Origin: Octopus vulgaris
Lineage: Eukaryota
Reading direction: 5' to 3'
Length of the DNA stretch: 64,000 nucleotides
NCBI GenBank assembly: GCA_951406725.2
Contig: OX597818.1
Coordinates: 84,506,001 to 84,570,000, forward strand
Position numbers and translations under genes: made by a program. The notes under the pieces are model-generated. The model had not been told where the DNA came from, made no database searches, and was given only the letters and a program-made list of their open reading frames with translations. Of this stretch, positions 42,291 to 55,669 are shown one piece after another. Numbering within the stretch: the first letter of the stretch is position 1; the number at the start of each line of letters is the position of its first letter.

Positions 42291-42728
42291 AGGCGGCGGA
42301 TATAAGGCGGCGAGCTGGCAGAAGCGTTAGCACGCCGAGCGAATTGCTTAGCGGTATTTCGTCTGCCGCTACGTTCTGAGTTCAAATTCCGCCGAGGTCG
42401 ACTTTGCCTTTCATCCCTTCGGGGTCGATTAAATAAGTACCAGTTACGCACTGGGGTCGATATAATCAACTTAATCCGTTTGTCTGTCTTTGTTTGTCCT
42501 CTTTGTGTTTAGCCTCTTGTGGGTAGTAAAGAAATAGAAATAGGTATTTCGTCTGTCTTTAAGTTCTGAGTTCAAATTCCGCCGAGGTCGGCTTTGCCTT
42601 TCATCCTTTCGCGGTCGATAAATTAAGTACCAGTTGCGTACTGGGGTCGATGTTATCGACTTAACCCTTTTGTCTGTCCTTGTTTGTCCCCTCCATTTTT
42701 AACCCCTTGTGGGCAATAAAGAAATAAG
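42291..42728 (+). mobile_element. SINE family A dimer with duplicated head start
   Basis: gataaggcggcg-gatataaggcggcgagctgg; imperfect TSD agaatacat(ca/tg)gataa; older decayed copies follow to ~43180. Confidence 0.9.
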
Positions 42729-44010
42729 AATACATTGGATAAATTCCCTTAACTTCTAAACCAACAGAATACATCGAACACACTCCATCGACTTCACAAC
42801 CGAACAGAATACATCAGACAAAGTCCTTAACGTCATTTCTTCAGGCTCTTTCCAATCTAAGTTCAAATTCCGCCAAAAGTCGACTTTGCCATTCTTCTTT
42901 CCGGGGTAAATAAAATAAAGTACCAGTGAAGCACTAGGGTAAACGTAACTGACTAGCCCCATTCCCCCCAAAATTACTTGCTTCATGACAAAATTTAGAA
43001 AGAACTATTTAAAAGGCGGCGAGCTGGCAGAATCCTTAGCCTTCCGAACGTAATGCTCAGCGAGACTTCTTGCGTTCTGAGTTCAAACTCCACCGAGGTC
43101 GACATTGTGTTTCGTTTCTTATAGATACCAGTCGGGCACTGGAGCCTCACGCCATATTGTTTGCCTTGTGGCAAAATTAGAACAAAAGGAAGTAAGAGGT
43201 TAAGTTCATTCAACATTTTATGGGAAGACAAAGTGTTGGGCGCTTGGTGACTAATAGAACATTGTAAGTACAAAAAATAAAACTGGTGGAGACAAAGAAA
43301 CAGAGAGTTGGGGACGGCAGAAAAGATACTGGAGGGTCTTACCATCTAGTTACAGAGACCGACCTAATATTAACTTGCAAATCTGTTAGTAGGACAGGAG
43401 TGGGCGGTAAGTGATCACCGGTGCCTGCAGGAGCGGCACATACAAAAGGTGCTGTGCAGAGCGACAACCCGAATGTATTTCTTTCCTCTTTACTGCTCAG
43501 TCTGTTATTTTTTTGTTTGTTTTTTAATAGGCTGTAATTAATATCAAACATAGCATATGGCTTGTAAAAACAAACAGAGTCTAAGATAACTAGAGGAAGT
43601 CTGTGTTGGCAAAAAAATATTCGTGAAAGTTCATGAATTTGGAAATGTTGATATTCCGTAGGGAAAAAACAGAATCTGGTGTTTCAGATTCTAGCCTTTG
43701 TCTTAAACAAAATACATTTTCCCCGTGTCGTTAAGGTGCTCGCTTTGCAACCACGTGGTTTCGGATTCAGTCCCAATGCTCAGCACCATGGGCAAGTGTC
43801 TTCGTTGTAGTCCCACGCCAGCCTGCTAATGACTTTTGAGTGAATATGGTACGACATATACACACACACACATATATATACATACAGGCACAGGAGAGGC
43901 TATGTAGTAAGAAGCTTGCTTCCAAACCACATGGTTCTGGGTTCAGTTCCTTTGCGTGGCACCTTGGTCGAGTGTCTTCTACTATAGCCTTGGGTCTGAA
44001 AGATGACCGT

Positions 44011-44063
<53 letters not shown>

Positions 44064-45534
44064 GTGTGTGTGTGTGTGTGTGTGTGCGTGTGTGTGTATA
44101 TATATTCATATAAATATATACATAATCATATACATACATATTTATAGCCATGTGTATGTATGTATGTGTATCTTTGAGTTTGTGGTGTGTTTGCACTCCA
44201 CCACCTCTATAACGAATGAATACGCCCACCTAGCAAACAAAAACTCAACAACAAACATCCTCCACCTCCTCCTGCATGATATTTGACTCTATTCCCTCAC
44301 TATGGCCCCAACTGCACAGTTTTATATCTTCTCTCATCTGCTTTGCTACCTATGCCCTTTCTACGTTCTTCTTCCTTTCTTTGTTTCCCTCCTCCTCTCA
44401 TCTCCCTCCTCCCAACTTCGCGCGCGCGCGAGCGTGTAAATAGGCACAGGTAAGAAGTTTGCTTATCAACCACATGTCTCTAAGTTTTAGTCCCGCAGTG
44501 CGGCACGCTGGGATAGTGTCATCTGCTTCATCCCCTGTTTGATCAAGCCCTTGTGATTATCATACGCATGTTTCACTTATTGGTCTGCGAACATGTTGGG
44601 GCACCGCGTTGAAATGTTTTAGTCAAGCTAATCGATCCCATTTCTGTTTTTTTTTCTTTTTTTCTTGAAGCCTTCTAATTATTCTAACCGTCTCTTATGC
44701 CGAACTGCTAGCTTACGGGGACGTAAGCAAACCAGCAACCAACACTGGTTGTCAAGCATTGGTGACGGACAAACACTATCCGGGCATATCCGCACATAAT
44801 TCGCACGATAAATGTATATAAGTCGTGGACTGACAAAATGATTCGTCTCCGACTCCTGTTCAGGTACGTGATGTTTATAAGCCGCAAAAATAGCGAAACA
44901 TCGATGTATATCAGTCCTGGATGGGATTAAAGGTGAGTTATCTCGCCTGTTCATGACTTTTAGTAGTTGTTTTAACACCCAACGCTTTGAGAGAGTATTC
45001 TCCACCATGCCAAACTGCAGCCTACCGACAAATACACAAAGCATATACGTTAGATGCATGCAGTTGATAACGCTTATTACACTGGCGCAGCTTGTATTCC
45101 ACACACACACAAACACACACACACACACACATACACACACACATACACACACATACACACACACACATATATGCATATTTATGTGTGTGTGTGTAGTGAG
45201 TGAACGTGAGAATATGAAAGTGTAGGGATAAGCGTGCAAGTGTTTTATGTAGAACCGTGAGTGTGTGTACATATGTGTATGCATGTATGTGCAGTAATGT
45301 CTGTATTTGAGTGTATATGCATGTGTTAGCGTATATACATGTTTATGTGTATGGATATAAGTATGCATAAATTATATATATATGTGTATATATTTTTTAC
45401 CTTTCTGTATTGGTAAGAAACGTTAAGAATACCAACGTTTAAGAAACGTTAGAGCACCAAAAATTTTACTAATTCCGAAACCATCACTCATACCATCACA
45501 ATCCTAAAGTACCAGGATTATTCTTAATATGATT

Positions 45535-46120
45535 AAGGTGTCACACCGGGCAAATTACTTAGTGGTATTTCTTCCGTCTTTACGTTCAGAGTTCAAATTC
45601 CACTGGGGTCGATTTCGCCTTTCCTCCTTTCGAGGGTCGATAAACTAGATAACAGTCAAGTACTAAGGTCGATGTAACTAATATCTTCTTCCCCTAAAAA
45701 TGTTTTGGACTTGAACCAAACTTTGAAAACATTGTTAATATTTTAAAGGCGACTAGCTGGCAAAATCATTAGCACGCTGAACGAAATGCGGAGCGGGTCG
45801 ATAAATTAAGTACCAGTTCTGCATTAGAGTTGATCAAATTGACTTAGCTCCTCCTCCAAAATTGCTAGCCTTATGTCAAAATTTGAAATCAATGTAATTA
45901 ATGTGTCAAGCTGGTAGAATTGTTAGCACGTAGAACAAATCACTTAGCGGCATTCTTCTGGCTCTACGTTCTGAGTTCAAAATTCCTCAGAGGAATTTCA
46001 ACATCACATTTCATCTTCTTATGGCCGATAAAATATAGACAAGTTCAGTAATGGATTTGATATGATTGGCTAGCTCTTTCGCACAAAATTTCATACCTTG
46101 TGCTTAAAACAGAAACAATT
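45535..46120 (+). mobile_element. Tandem cluster of decayed SINE family A copies
   Basis: Three degenerate head/body matches (gagttcaaattcc, gtcgataaattaagtaccag). Confidence 0.7.
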
Positions 46121-46186
46121 CTTAAAACCGCTGAAGTCATCCTCACCACCACAACCACCACCATCACAATCTAAAGTACCAAAATT

Positions 46187-46860
46187 TGGCGCAGGCGTGG
46201 CTGTGTGAAAAGAAGTTTGCTTCCCAATCAAACGGTTCCCTGTTCAGTTCCACTGTGTGGCACCGTGAGCGAATGCTTTCTACTATTGCCTCGAGGCAAT
46301 GAAAGCCCTGTAGACGGAAACTGAAAGAAGTCGGATAAGGCGGCGAGCTGACAGAAACGTTAGCACGCCGGGCGAGATGCTTAGCAGTATTTCGCCTGCC
46401 GTTACGTTCTGAGTTCAAATTCCGCCGAAGTCGACTTTGCCTTTCATCCTTTCGGGGTCGATAAATTAAGTACAGTTACGCACTGGGGTCGATGTAATCG
46501 ACTTACTGCCTTTGTCTGTTCTTGTTTGTCACCTCTATGTTTAGCCCCTTGTGGGCAATATAGAAATAGGAAACTGAAAGAAGTCCGTCGTGTGTGTATG
46601 TGTATGTGTGTGTGTGTGTGTGCGCATGTATGTATGTACATATGTGTGTGTGTTTGATTCTGTGTTTGTTACTCCTTTACCACTGCTTGACAACTAGTTT
46701 TCGTGCTCTTACGCCCCCGTAACTTAACGGTTCGGTAAAAAGAACCGATAGAATAAGTGCCAGGCTTAAAAATTGTACTAAGGTCGATTCATTCGACTAT
46801 AAGTTCTTCAATGTGGTGCCCCAGTATGGCCGCGGTGTAATGACTGATTCAAGTAAAAGC
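46187..46860 (+). mobile_element. SINE family B interrupted by a family A copy (46338-46569)
   Basis: 17-bp TSD ggaaactgaaagaagtc at 46316-46332 and 46569-46585. Confidence 0.9.
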
Positions 46861-47197
46861 TAATAGATTATTACCACCTAAATCATCACCAGCATCTAAG
46901 CCATCACTACCACTAAATTTACAACTAAAAGTACCACCACCGCCATCGTCATCATCCCCATCGTCGTCATCATCATCATCATCATCATCATGATGGTCCC
47001 AATCATCATCCTCATTACCACAGTCATCATCATCGCCACCAGCAATAGGAGCTGCTGTCTTCGCACCTCACATCTCCTTTACATATTCCCTGCACCACTC
47101 AGCAGCCGCTTTTTTTTAATTTTTGGTTATTGCAATCAAGCATGAACTGCAGTATTGCTGCATCTAGTGATGCAACGCAGCAGTGAAAACGTGCGCA

Positions 47198-47249
<52 letters not shown>

Positions 47250-47668
47250 CGCACGCGCATACATACATCCGTTTATTTAGGCACACTTTCAAAAAATATT
47301 CACAAGATATATGTAGAAGCACAGTTATACAAAAAACGACAAACGGCTTAGCGCATACCTAGACAAAAATAATTATAGCTAAATTTATAATTACGCATGA
47401 ATTGTATTCATACATGCACATACATACGCACATGCGCACTCACACACACATACACAGAGAATGCTCATATGCATATGCAGTACCAACGATATAGATACGT
47501 ACACACACATGCAGGCACGGTGATCGCGTACATGTGTGCGTTAAGACACGCTTATACACAAACACAAAGGCATATTTGCTTACACAGAGATATGTACATA
47601 CACTCTCGCTCTCCTTTACACAAGGATCTAACATGCATGCACCACGCTTACACACGTTCATATATATA

Positions 47669-48111
47669 CAGTAAATCCTCGAGTATAATCCACACTTTTT
47701 TCCCAAAATTTAAAGGTCAAAATCCCTAGTGCGTACTATATACGAGGTTAAAAATGAAAAATATTTTCTAAGCAATGTCCGAGTCTCTCTTTGCTGTCCG
47801 GCAATGCTTATTCAGACGCATTTTGTGATGTTGGGCGCGAAAATACCATAAATTAGCCTGAAAGCAATGAAGTCATAAAAGAATCATCCATAACTTGCAG
47901 TAAGCAACATTTATTTTTTAAAAAGTATTCAGAACACAGAATAACATGTCACGAAAACAATTTGCAAACATATTTACATTCCCATTATTGTATTACGCAT
48001 GCGCGGAACTGTTTGTTCGACTAGGTGCTGCTAGCTTAATTACACACGACTCAAGTGGTGCGTATTACACACAATGTACAGCCAGCTAAGAATCCCCTGC
48101 GTATTATACTC
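47669..48111. mobile_element. pogo/Tigger-like MITE, right TIR truncated
   Basis: TA|cagtaaatcctcgagtataatccacac on the left and the complementary tgcgtattatactc on the right; subterminal gtgcgta(c/t)ta repeats. Confidence 0.7.
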
Positions 48112-48423
48112 ATATATATTTGGCTATAGGATGTCACTAACGGGGTAAATGGCATGAACAACGTAAACAACGAGAAAAAATGGAGAACAGGACAAGTAAA
48201 CACAGAGAAAGGACCCTTCATCTGTTGTCGGCTGTCTATCTACTCCTCATTTCTAGCATTCAATGACAACTGTCTTCAATACTGAGAATCTCTGGATGTC
48301 ATCTATCTATCTATCTATCTATCTATATATATATATATATATATATATATGCATATATATATATATATATACATATACATAAATACATACATATATATCC
48401 ACACACACACATACACACATAAT

Positions 48424-48454
<31 letters not shown>

Positions 48455-48647
48455 GTATGTATGTATGTACGTATGTATGTATGTATTTATGCATGTATAT
48501 ATGAGTGTATATAACCCCAGACATGAGAGAGATGCAAGAAATCTGACCCAAAAGAGCGAGTTAGTCTTCTCCAAGGGGGATACCTTGACAAAGCCCAGGG
48601 GCCTTTCGTTTCATCCAGCTAAACGCTGACACAAAGGCAAATACACA

Positions 48648-48699
<52 letters not shown>

Positions 48700-49162
48700 A
48701 CCAAATCCACTCACAAAGCCGACCTGAGGTTACATTTGAGTACATTCCTTAGGTGCCACGTAATGGGACTGAATCCAGAACCATGTGGTTGGGTGTAAAG
48801 CTTCTTAACACACACACACATTACTGAATGGCCGTTGACTCTCTTCTGCCTTTCGACAGGTTTTGTGTTTTGTCCCGCAAGACATCCAATAAATCACCCT
48901 CTTCAGCAAGCTTGGTATGGTTACCGGTTTATTCGTCGATGATCCAATCATGCGACAGGTTGTACTGGGTTACATATTACCAGTAGTTCTTGAGAGCGAC
49001 CAGATATAATGTATGTATGTATGTATGTATGTATGTATGTATGTATGTATGTATGTATGTATGTATGTATGTATGTATGTATGTATGTACGCATGCATAT
49101 GTGTATCTAGGTATGCATATGTGAGTTAAATGCGCTTTGTATTGAGTACTTCATATTTTGTT

Positions 49163-49613
49163 AGGCGTAGGACAAGGCTGTGTTGTAAGTACCTATAGGC
49201 GTAGGAGTAGCTGTGTGGTAAGTATCTTCCTTACCAACCACATGGTTATGAATTCAGTCCCACTGCGTGGCACCTTGGGCAAGTGTCTTCTACTATAGCC
49301 TCGAGCCGAATAAAGCCTTGTGAGTGGTTTAGGTAGACGGAAACTGAGAGAAGCCCGTCGTATACATGTATATATGTATATATATGTACGTGTATGTATA
49401 TGCTCGTGTGTCTGTGTTTGTCTCCCCAACATCGCTTAACAACCGACAGTGGTATGTTTACGTCCCCGCAACTTAGCGGTTCGCCAAAAGAGACCGATGG
49501 AATAAGTACTAGGCTTACAAAGAATAAGTCCTAGGGTCGATTTGCTCGACTAAAGGCGGTGCTCCAGCATGGCCACAATCAAATGACTGAAACAAGTAAA
49601 AGAGTAAAAGAGT
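49163..49613 (+). mobile_element. SINE family B, full length with duplicated head
   Basis: Heads at 49163 and 49197; complete body and tail. Confidence 0.92.
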
Positions 49614-49947
49614 AACGAGCAATTATTTGTTTGTATACACCCACATACAAACAAACAAACACACACACACCACACACACACGCATACCCCCAAATGTCTA
49701 AATATTTTTCGACTGTCACTGTTATATCAAAATTATGCTAAGATTTATTGTCGATATTTCGAGTATTATCCAAACGATTTTATAGTCATATTCATAGTTA
49801 TATAGTTTATTGATATATCGTTGTTATATATATATATATATATATAGGTACCATTTTGTTTATCACTCTATGCATAAAAATATTTGTGAGCACCGTGGAA
49901 AGGAAAAATTTATAAAATGGCGGATAACGTTTCTTTATCATCTAGAG

Positions 49948-50120
49948 CAGTGGTCCCCAACCATTTTGTTGCATCACGGGCCTGTTTCATACAAGGCAAT
50001 TTTTCCACGGAACGGAGAATCATTTTCATAACAAAACGCAATAAAGTGCATAATATATAATTTAATTATTACACATATAATACAAATATGTCACATATAT
50101 AATACATTTATAGTGCAAAA
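49948..50120 (+). mobile_element. hAT (Charlie-like) MITE left end
   Basis: tctagag|CAGTGGTCCCCAACC is a typical hAT TIR and target context. Confidence 0.7.
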
Positions 50121-51026
50121 ATACTCTGCAGATTGCAATGTAGCCTAGTGGTGGTCGGCCCTTTTGTAGGTCCTGTGTATGTGAACCGTCTGAAGCACTC
50201 TTTGTTAACCTGGAAGAGCCTGTATCCTTCTTTGCCATTATTAAATAGATTAATTCAACTTCGAATACCATAACTAGACTTGGGGTGAATACTGCAGTGG
50301 TTTCCTGTTGCCTTCTTAAGACAAGTGGGATTTGAACTTAGTATGTAGAGAGACGGAAGATATAAACCGTAAAGCATTTCTTCCGACGCACCAACGAAGC
50401 TGCCAAACTTTCATCTGCAGAGCAACGTCGAATAAAGTACTTTGCTCAAGAACACAACGTGCTGCCCTGTCCGGGAATCGAACCCACAATCTGAGTGCAG
50501 CACTGTAACTACTAGGCGCGCGCATTCACTTTTGTGCGGCGCGGTACGAAATGATCCGCAGCCCAGTACTTGTCTGCATCCCGGTAGGTGAAAATCCCTT
50601 ACTTAGAGGAGGAATACGATGTTTATAAAATTTGCAATACTACCAAGAGCCCAAACTGATAGGATTCATACCTATAGTTAATGATCAACTATATGTTATA
50701 TGTGAAGGTCGTAACCTAGTGGTAGGATGTTGCACTCTCGATCACAAGATCGTGGTTTCGATTCTCAGAGCGGTGCTGAGTTTTGTTCTTGTGCTTCATT
50801 TCACGTTGCTACAGTCTACTCAGCTGTAATAGAGTAACACTGTAACGTTTAGAGGTAGCGTTGTGGTCTCGGTCGCTTATATTCTATGGAAACAGGTTAT
50901 CCGAACATATGAGTCCTAGGGCCCATGACAGATCTTGGGTCATGTTGAGGCACCACGATAAAGAACTTTAGTTAAACAAATTGACTCCAAGACTTACTTT
51001 TATAAGCCTGGTAGTTTTTCGTTGTA

Positions 51027-51454
51027 CAGGGACAGGCGTGGCCATGTGATAAGAAGTTTGCTTCCCAACCCCATGTTTCCCAACCCCATGTTTCCTCCCG
51101 TAAGTGTCTTCTACAGTAACCTCGGGCTAACCAAAGTCTTGTGAGTGGACTTGGGAAACGGAAACTGAAAGAAGCCCGTCGTATATATATATGTATGTAT
51201 ATATATCTATGTGTTTGTGTCTCTGTATCTGTGTTTGTCCCCCACCACCGCTTGGTTACCGGTGTTGGTGCGTTTACGTCCCTATAAATTATTGGTTCGA
51301 CAAAAGAGACTGAATAGGCTTCAAAACATAGTCCTAGGGTCGATTTCTTCGATTAAGACCCTTCAAGTTGATGCCCCAGCATGGCTGCAGTGAAATGACT
51401 GAAACAAGTAGGAAAATAAAAAAATACCTAAGATATATGTGTGTGTGTGTGTGT

Positions 51455-51512
<58 letters not shown>

Positions 51513-51690
51513 ACATATATATATATATAGGAGTGGCTGTTTATTAAGAAGCTTGCGTCTCAACCACTTGGTTCCGGGTTCAGTCCTACTGCGTGACATC
51601 TTGGGCAAGTGTCTTCTACTATAGCCTCCGATCAACCAAAGTTTTGTCTGTGGATTTGGTAGACGGAAACTGAAAGAAACTCGTCGTATA
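51027..51690 (+). mobile_element. Two SINE family B copies (second one partial)
   Basis: Heads at ~51027 and ~51528 with CORE-like bodies. Confidence 0.85.
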
Positions 51691-51797
51691 TATGTATATA
51701 CATATATGTGTGTGTGTGTGGTGTGGTGGTGGTGGTGTGTGTGTGTATGTGTAGAAAATGTGAAAGAAGTACAGCGAACATGCCGTGAGGAGTGGAA

Positions 51798-51834
51798 TAC
51801 CCAACGTTTCAGATTCAATCCTTGGTCAGGGGGC
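51798..51834 (-). ncRNA. Minimal type-I hammerhead motif in the PLE pLTR (G8C, probably inactive)
   Basis: gcccc-CTGACCA-A-GGAT tga ATCT-GAAA-CG-TT-gggta. Confidence 0.75.
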
Positions 51835-52185
51835 AAAGAGAAAGAGAAGAAAAGGAGAATAAAGTCAAACAATTTACATCCTTTCAGCTTGAACAACTGG
51901 ATGCAACTAATAATGGACGCAGAATAGCGCGGGCTGCTAACGTAAAACAGAAGTAATAGGAGAAGGCGTGCAGAAAGGAGAAGGAAAAGGATGATGGAGA
52001 GAGTAGAGGTAAGTATTGGAATGTTGCGGAGAGGGTGTGGAAGGAGGATTAAAAAGGGTAAAATAGAATTAAGAGGAGGTGAAAGAATGAAAGGAAAAAT
52101 ATTCATTCATACCTGTCGGGGACGGCGGCAATATCAAATATGAGACGCTGCTCCTTTCGTTTCCTACAGAAGTGCGGTCCGTGGT

Positions 52186-52665
52186 GCAAGATTGAAGAGT
52201 CCGCCATCCAAGTAATAGTGCATATTGATGGAAGGCGAGAGTAGTGACATTTCGTCGAATATGGCAGCCATGTACTAAGAGAAACAGGTTGATGCCAGGA
52301 CGCATCCTTGCTTAAGAATCTCAGTGATAGGAAACGGGTCATTTTTGTGAGGGCATTTTGATGGTATAACCTACCCACCATACTGTCGTGAAGGGAGCGG
52401 ACCAGGACAATGAAGTCCTCCGGATATCCAAACTGGGCAAGGAACGAGAGACATTGCAGAACGAGAGACCTTGTCAAAGTCGTTCTTTAGATCCCAGAAG
52501 ATGAACATTGCAAGCTGTCGTTGTTCCTGACATTTCTGGAGTTGACGAGCACAAAAGTCCATGTCAATTGTGGCTGGAGAGGGTCGAAATCCACACTGAG
52601 ACTCAGGGAGGATGTCTTCTGCGAGGATGCAGAGGCGTGGAGGCGATTGAATAAGATACAAAACG
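52186..52665 (-). mobile_element. Internal RT fragment of an RTE (BovB-like) LINE nested in the PLE
   Basis: AEDILPESQCGFRP..TIDMDFCARQLQKCQEQ..FWDLKNDFDKVSR..LAQFGYPEDFI.LVRSLHDSM..GCVLA..LDGGLFNL. Confidence 0.9.
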
Positions 52666-53454
52666 GGATGAATCTGCAATAGAATGATTCACAGTGTTGA
52701 AGTAGGAGGCGACAGGTTGGCCTGGCATACGAAGCATTATGCTTCTGATGTGTTCGCAAAAGCGATCCCCAAGGCATCGCCCTGTATCTCTAAGGTAAAG
52801 AGCACTGCAGAGTTTGCATATGATGCAATATATGAGATTCGCCGAAGTGCAACAGAAGTGGTGTGTTATGTGATATTACTTCTTGGGCTCCGTGATGTGG
52901 TAATAGTGTTGATGTAGGGGTAAGTGTTACATCGTTGGCGAGAAGGTTCCTGGTTGTGCGGAGCTGGAAGCTGTGAAGCTTCTAACGAGGAGATTTATAA
53001 GACTCTTATCTTTTTTAAAAGACATGAGAGCTGGTGTGGAAAAGATAGGGGTGGTTGTTGGGTCAGAAAGAATGCAAAAGTTGTGGGTGAGTTTGTGCTT
53101 AAGAGGGAGGATGGACGGGTGGTACGTGAGAGAGAGTGAGATACTGTCGGTGGAAGTGCGTGAAGATGGTAGGAGAGCTGCGGTGCGGTTGATGGCTAGG
53201 GCTCGGGGGAGTGCCGAGTCGAAAACTAATGGAGGATACACTCGATTTTGAAAAAACTGTCGCATCGTTTTGCAATGGGATTCGAAATCCGAATTCATGC
53301 TGCTAAGTCGTCGAAGGCGAAGACATTGAGAGAAAGGTATAGTAGATTTAATGTGTTTGGGATGAGAGGAAGAGTAGTGGATGTGGGAGTGTGGGGTTCA
53401 ATAGGTTTACATATGTATGTATGTATGTGTGTATGTATGCATGTGCGTATGTAT

Positions 53455-54010
53455 GTATTTGTGTGTCTGTGTTTGTCCCCGCACCATTGCTTGACGTCTG
53501 ATGTTGGTGTGTTTATATCCCCGTAACTTAGATCGGATAGAATAAGTACTAGGCTTGCAAAGAATAAGTCCCGAGGTCTATTTGTTCGACTAAAGGCGGT
53601 GCTCCAGCATGGCTGCAGTCAAATCACGGAAACAAGTAAAAAAATAAAAGAATAAAAGAATATATATATATGTAGGCGCAGGCGTGACTGTGTGGTAAGG
53701 TGCTTGTTTCCCAACTACATAGTCCCGGGTTCAGTCTCACCGCATGGAACCTAAGGCTAGTGCCTTCTACTGTAGCCTCGGGCTGACCAAATCTTTGTGG
53801 GTGGATGTGGTAGAAGAAAACTGCAAAGAAGCCCATCGTATATATGTATATATATATATATCCCCGTAACCGAGTGGTTCGGCAAAAGAAACCGATAGAA
53901 AAATTACTAGGCCTACAAAGAATAAGTCCTGGGAGTCGATTTCTTCGACTAAAACCTTTTAAGGCGGTGCTCCAGCATGGCCGCAGTCAAATGACAGAAA
54001 TAAGTAAAAA
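53455..54010 (+). mobile_element. SINE family B 3' half plus a further copy from 53673
   Basis: Family B tail and head matches. Confidence 0.85.
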
Positions 54011-54076
54011 TAATAGAAAAGTTATATGTATATATATATATATATATGACGAGCTACTTTCAGTTTTTATCCATCA

Positions 54077-54456
54077 CTAGCAGTATCACCCGGCGTTGCT
54101 CGGGTTTGTAAAGGAAATAACTATAAAGCATTTTTAGAGAGTTATAGCCAAAAAATAGCAAAAAAAGGGAAAAAAATTATGGTAAATTTTTTTGAGTTAA
54201 AAAGGTGGAGTTGCGTCCCCTAGACAGTCTGTGGTTTGTGTTTTTGATTCTTGACCCCATGTCGAATTTATCGATTTTTTTCAGAACTGGGGGAACTTTT
54301 CAAAATTTTCGCTGCGTTAGTTTTGAATTATGACATTGGGCTATGTGTGTATCAAGTTTCATCAGAATCGGTTGAAAGCCGTGGTCAGGGTGAGGGTACA
54401 ACCTAACAGACACACAGACACACACACAGACAAACTGCCGTTTATATATAGAGAGA
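54077..54456 (-). mobile_element. Non-autonomous Helitron inserted in a family B SINE
   Basis: Minus strand A|TCTCTCTATATATAAA...cccgagcaacgccgggtgatactgCTAG|T with no TSD; the host SINE continues on both sides. Confidence 0.9.
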
Positions 54457-54770
54457 TATCTACTCACAAGGCTTTGGTTGGCCAGAGGCTATATAAGAAA
54501 TTTGCCCAAAGTCTCAGACGTAGCAAATTCTGGATCAAAAGCGTTCCGACCGTGACACACATGTCTGCTTATATACAAATGTGACCTATTCCTTTTTAAA
54601 ACTGTAAGGGCGTGGTTTGTAAAAGATTTTACTGTTATTTCTAACTAGATTAATGACTACATTGAGGTAAGCTATTTGATACATTTACAAAAAGATATAG
54701 TCAAGATAGAATTTTGTTGTCAACATTATTATTATTATTATTAATTATTATTATTATGATTATTATCATT

Positions 54771-55135
54771 CAGTAGTTTTATTTTTATAACGTGCTTTCA
54801 CCTCACTATCGAGCGCAGCTCTGTGTGCCTTGGGTATGTGCTGTGATTTGTTGTGATGCTCTTATGGTTACTGTATTGAAAGTGTTCTGCGTAGGATGTG
54901 TGCAGTGCCTAGCAGTGCAATTTTCTGTATGTTATATGTGTTTGTAAGTCCTGGTGTTTTTGTTATGTATTTGTCTGAATATTTTTTTATCATGCCTAAT
55001 GCACCTACTATGATAGGAATTGTTTCTGTTTTCAGATTCCACATTCTAGTCACCTCTATTCCCAGGTCTTTGTATTTTGAAAGTTTCTCCATTTCTTTTA
55101 GACACGTTGTCATCTGCTGGTATTGATACATCAAT
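54771..55135 (-). mobile_element. 5'-truncated R4/Dong-like retrotransposon 3' end in (TAA)n
   Basis: IDVSIPADDNV..KEMEKLSKYKDLGIEVTRMWNLKTETIPIIVGALG..IQKIALLGTAHILRRTL* plus a ~100-bp 3' UTR; TAA arrays on both sides. Confidence 0.92.
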
Positions 55136-55140
55136 TATTA

Positions 55141-55222
<82 letters not shown>

Positions 55223-55622
55223 TGTAGTTGTTTTTATTGTCAGTATTAAGAGTATTACGTTATTATATTCATTTGTTTTCATTGAAGACGGTTCTCTTTT
55301 AAGGTGTGGTACGTCTAAGAGCATTATGTTTTCAAATACGTGTACTTGGCTGGATTAAATCAACTCTATCTTACCCATCTGCCATTTTGTGTGTGTGTGT
55401 GTGTCTTTGTGTGCGCATGTGTAGAGCTGTGTGTCAGTGCCAGAGATCAGAATTAATAACTGTAGTGTCAAATGTCTAATTAATAATATTTTACCTAATT
55501 ATATCAGTTATGTCTACTTTTAGAGGATTAAAAAAACATAAAAGGAAACGATCGGCCATTTTGTGTAGGGGTACATGTGTGTTAATGGGAACTTGTATTT
55601 GTTAATGTTTGTATATGTATAT

Positions 55623-55669
<47 letters not shown>

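Larger units (their letters stand above)
51780..53404 (-). mobile_element. Decayed Penelope-like element: RT thumb, linker, GIY-YIG endonuclease and 3' pLTR
   Basis: HYSSSHPKHIKSTIPFSQCLRLRRL..FFQNRVYP..LSLTYHP..FKKDKSLINLLVRS..CTSANLIYCIICKLCSALYLRDTGRCLGDRFCEHIRS..PVASYFN; resumes after an insert as RKRKEQRLIF..PTGMNE. Confidence 0.92.

Noticed and set aside
42269-42830. Recurrent aaccaacagaatacatc units as a CRISPR-like array
   Set aside because: A degenerate ~40-bp tandem repeat split by a SINE, in eukaryotic context, with no unique spacers or cas genes.
44790-45090. Non-repetitive part of the 229-aa minus-strand ORF
   Set aside because: The ORF is stitched from microsatellite and SINE sequence; no recognisable motif in the unique part.
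48170-48300. pLTR-like repeat with CAGATGAAGGG (minus); similar piece at ~22740-22950
   Set aside because: No GAAA half-core, so it cannot be supported as a ribozyme.
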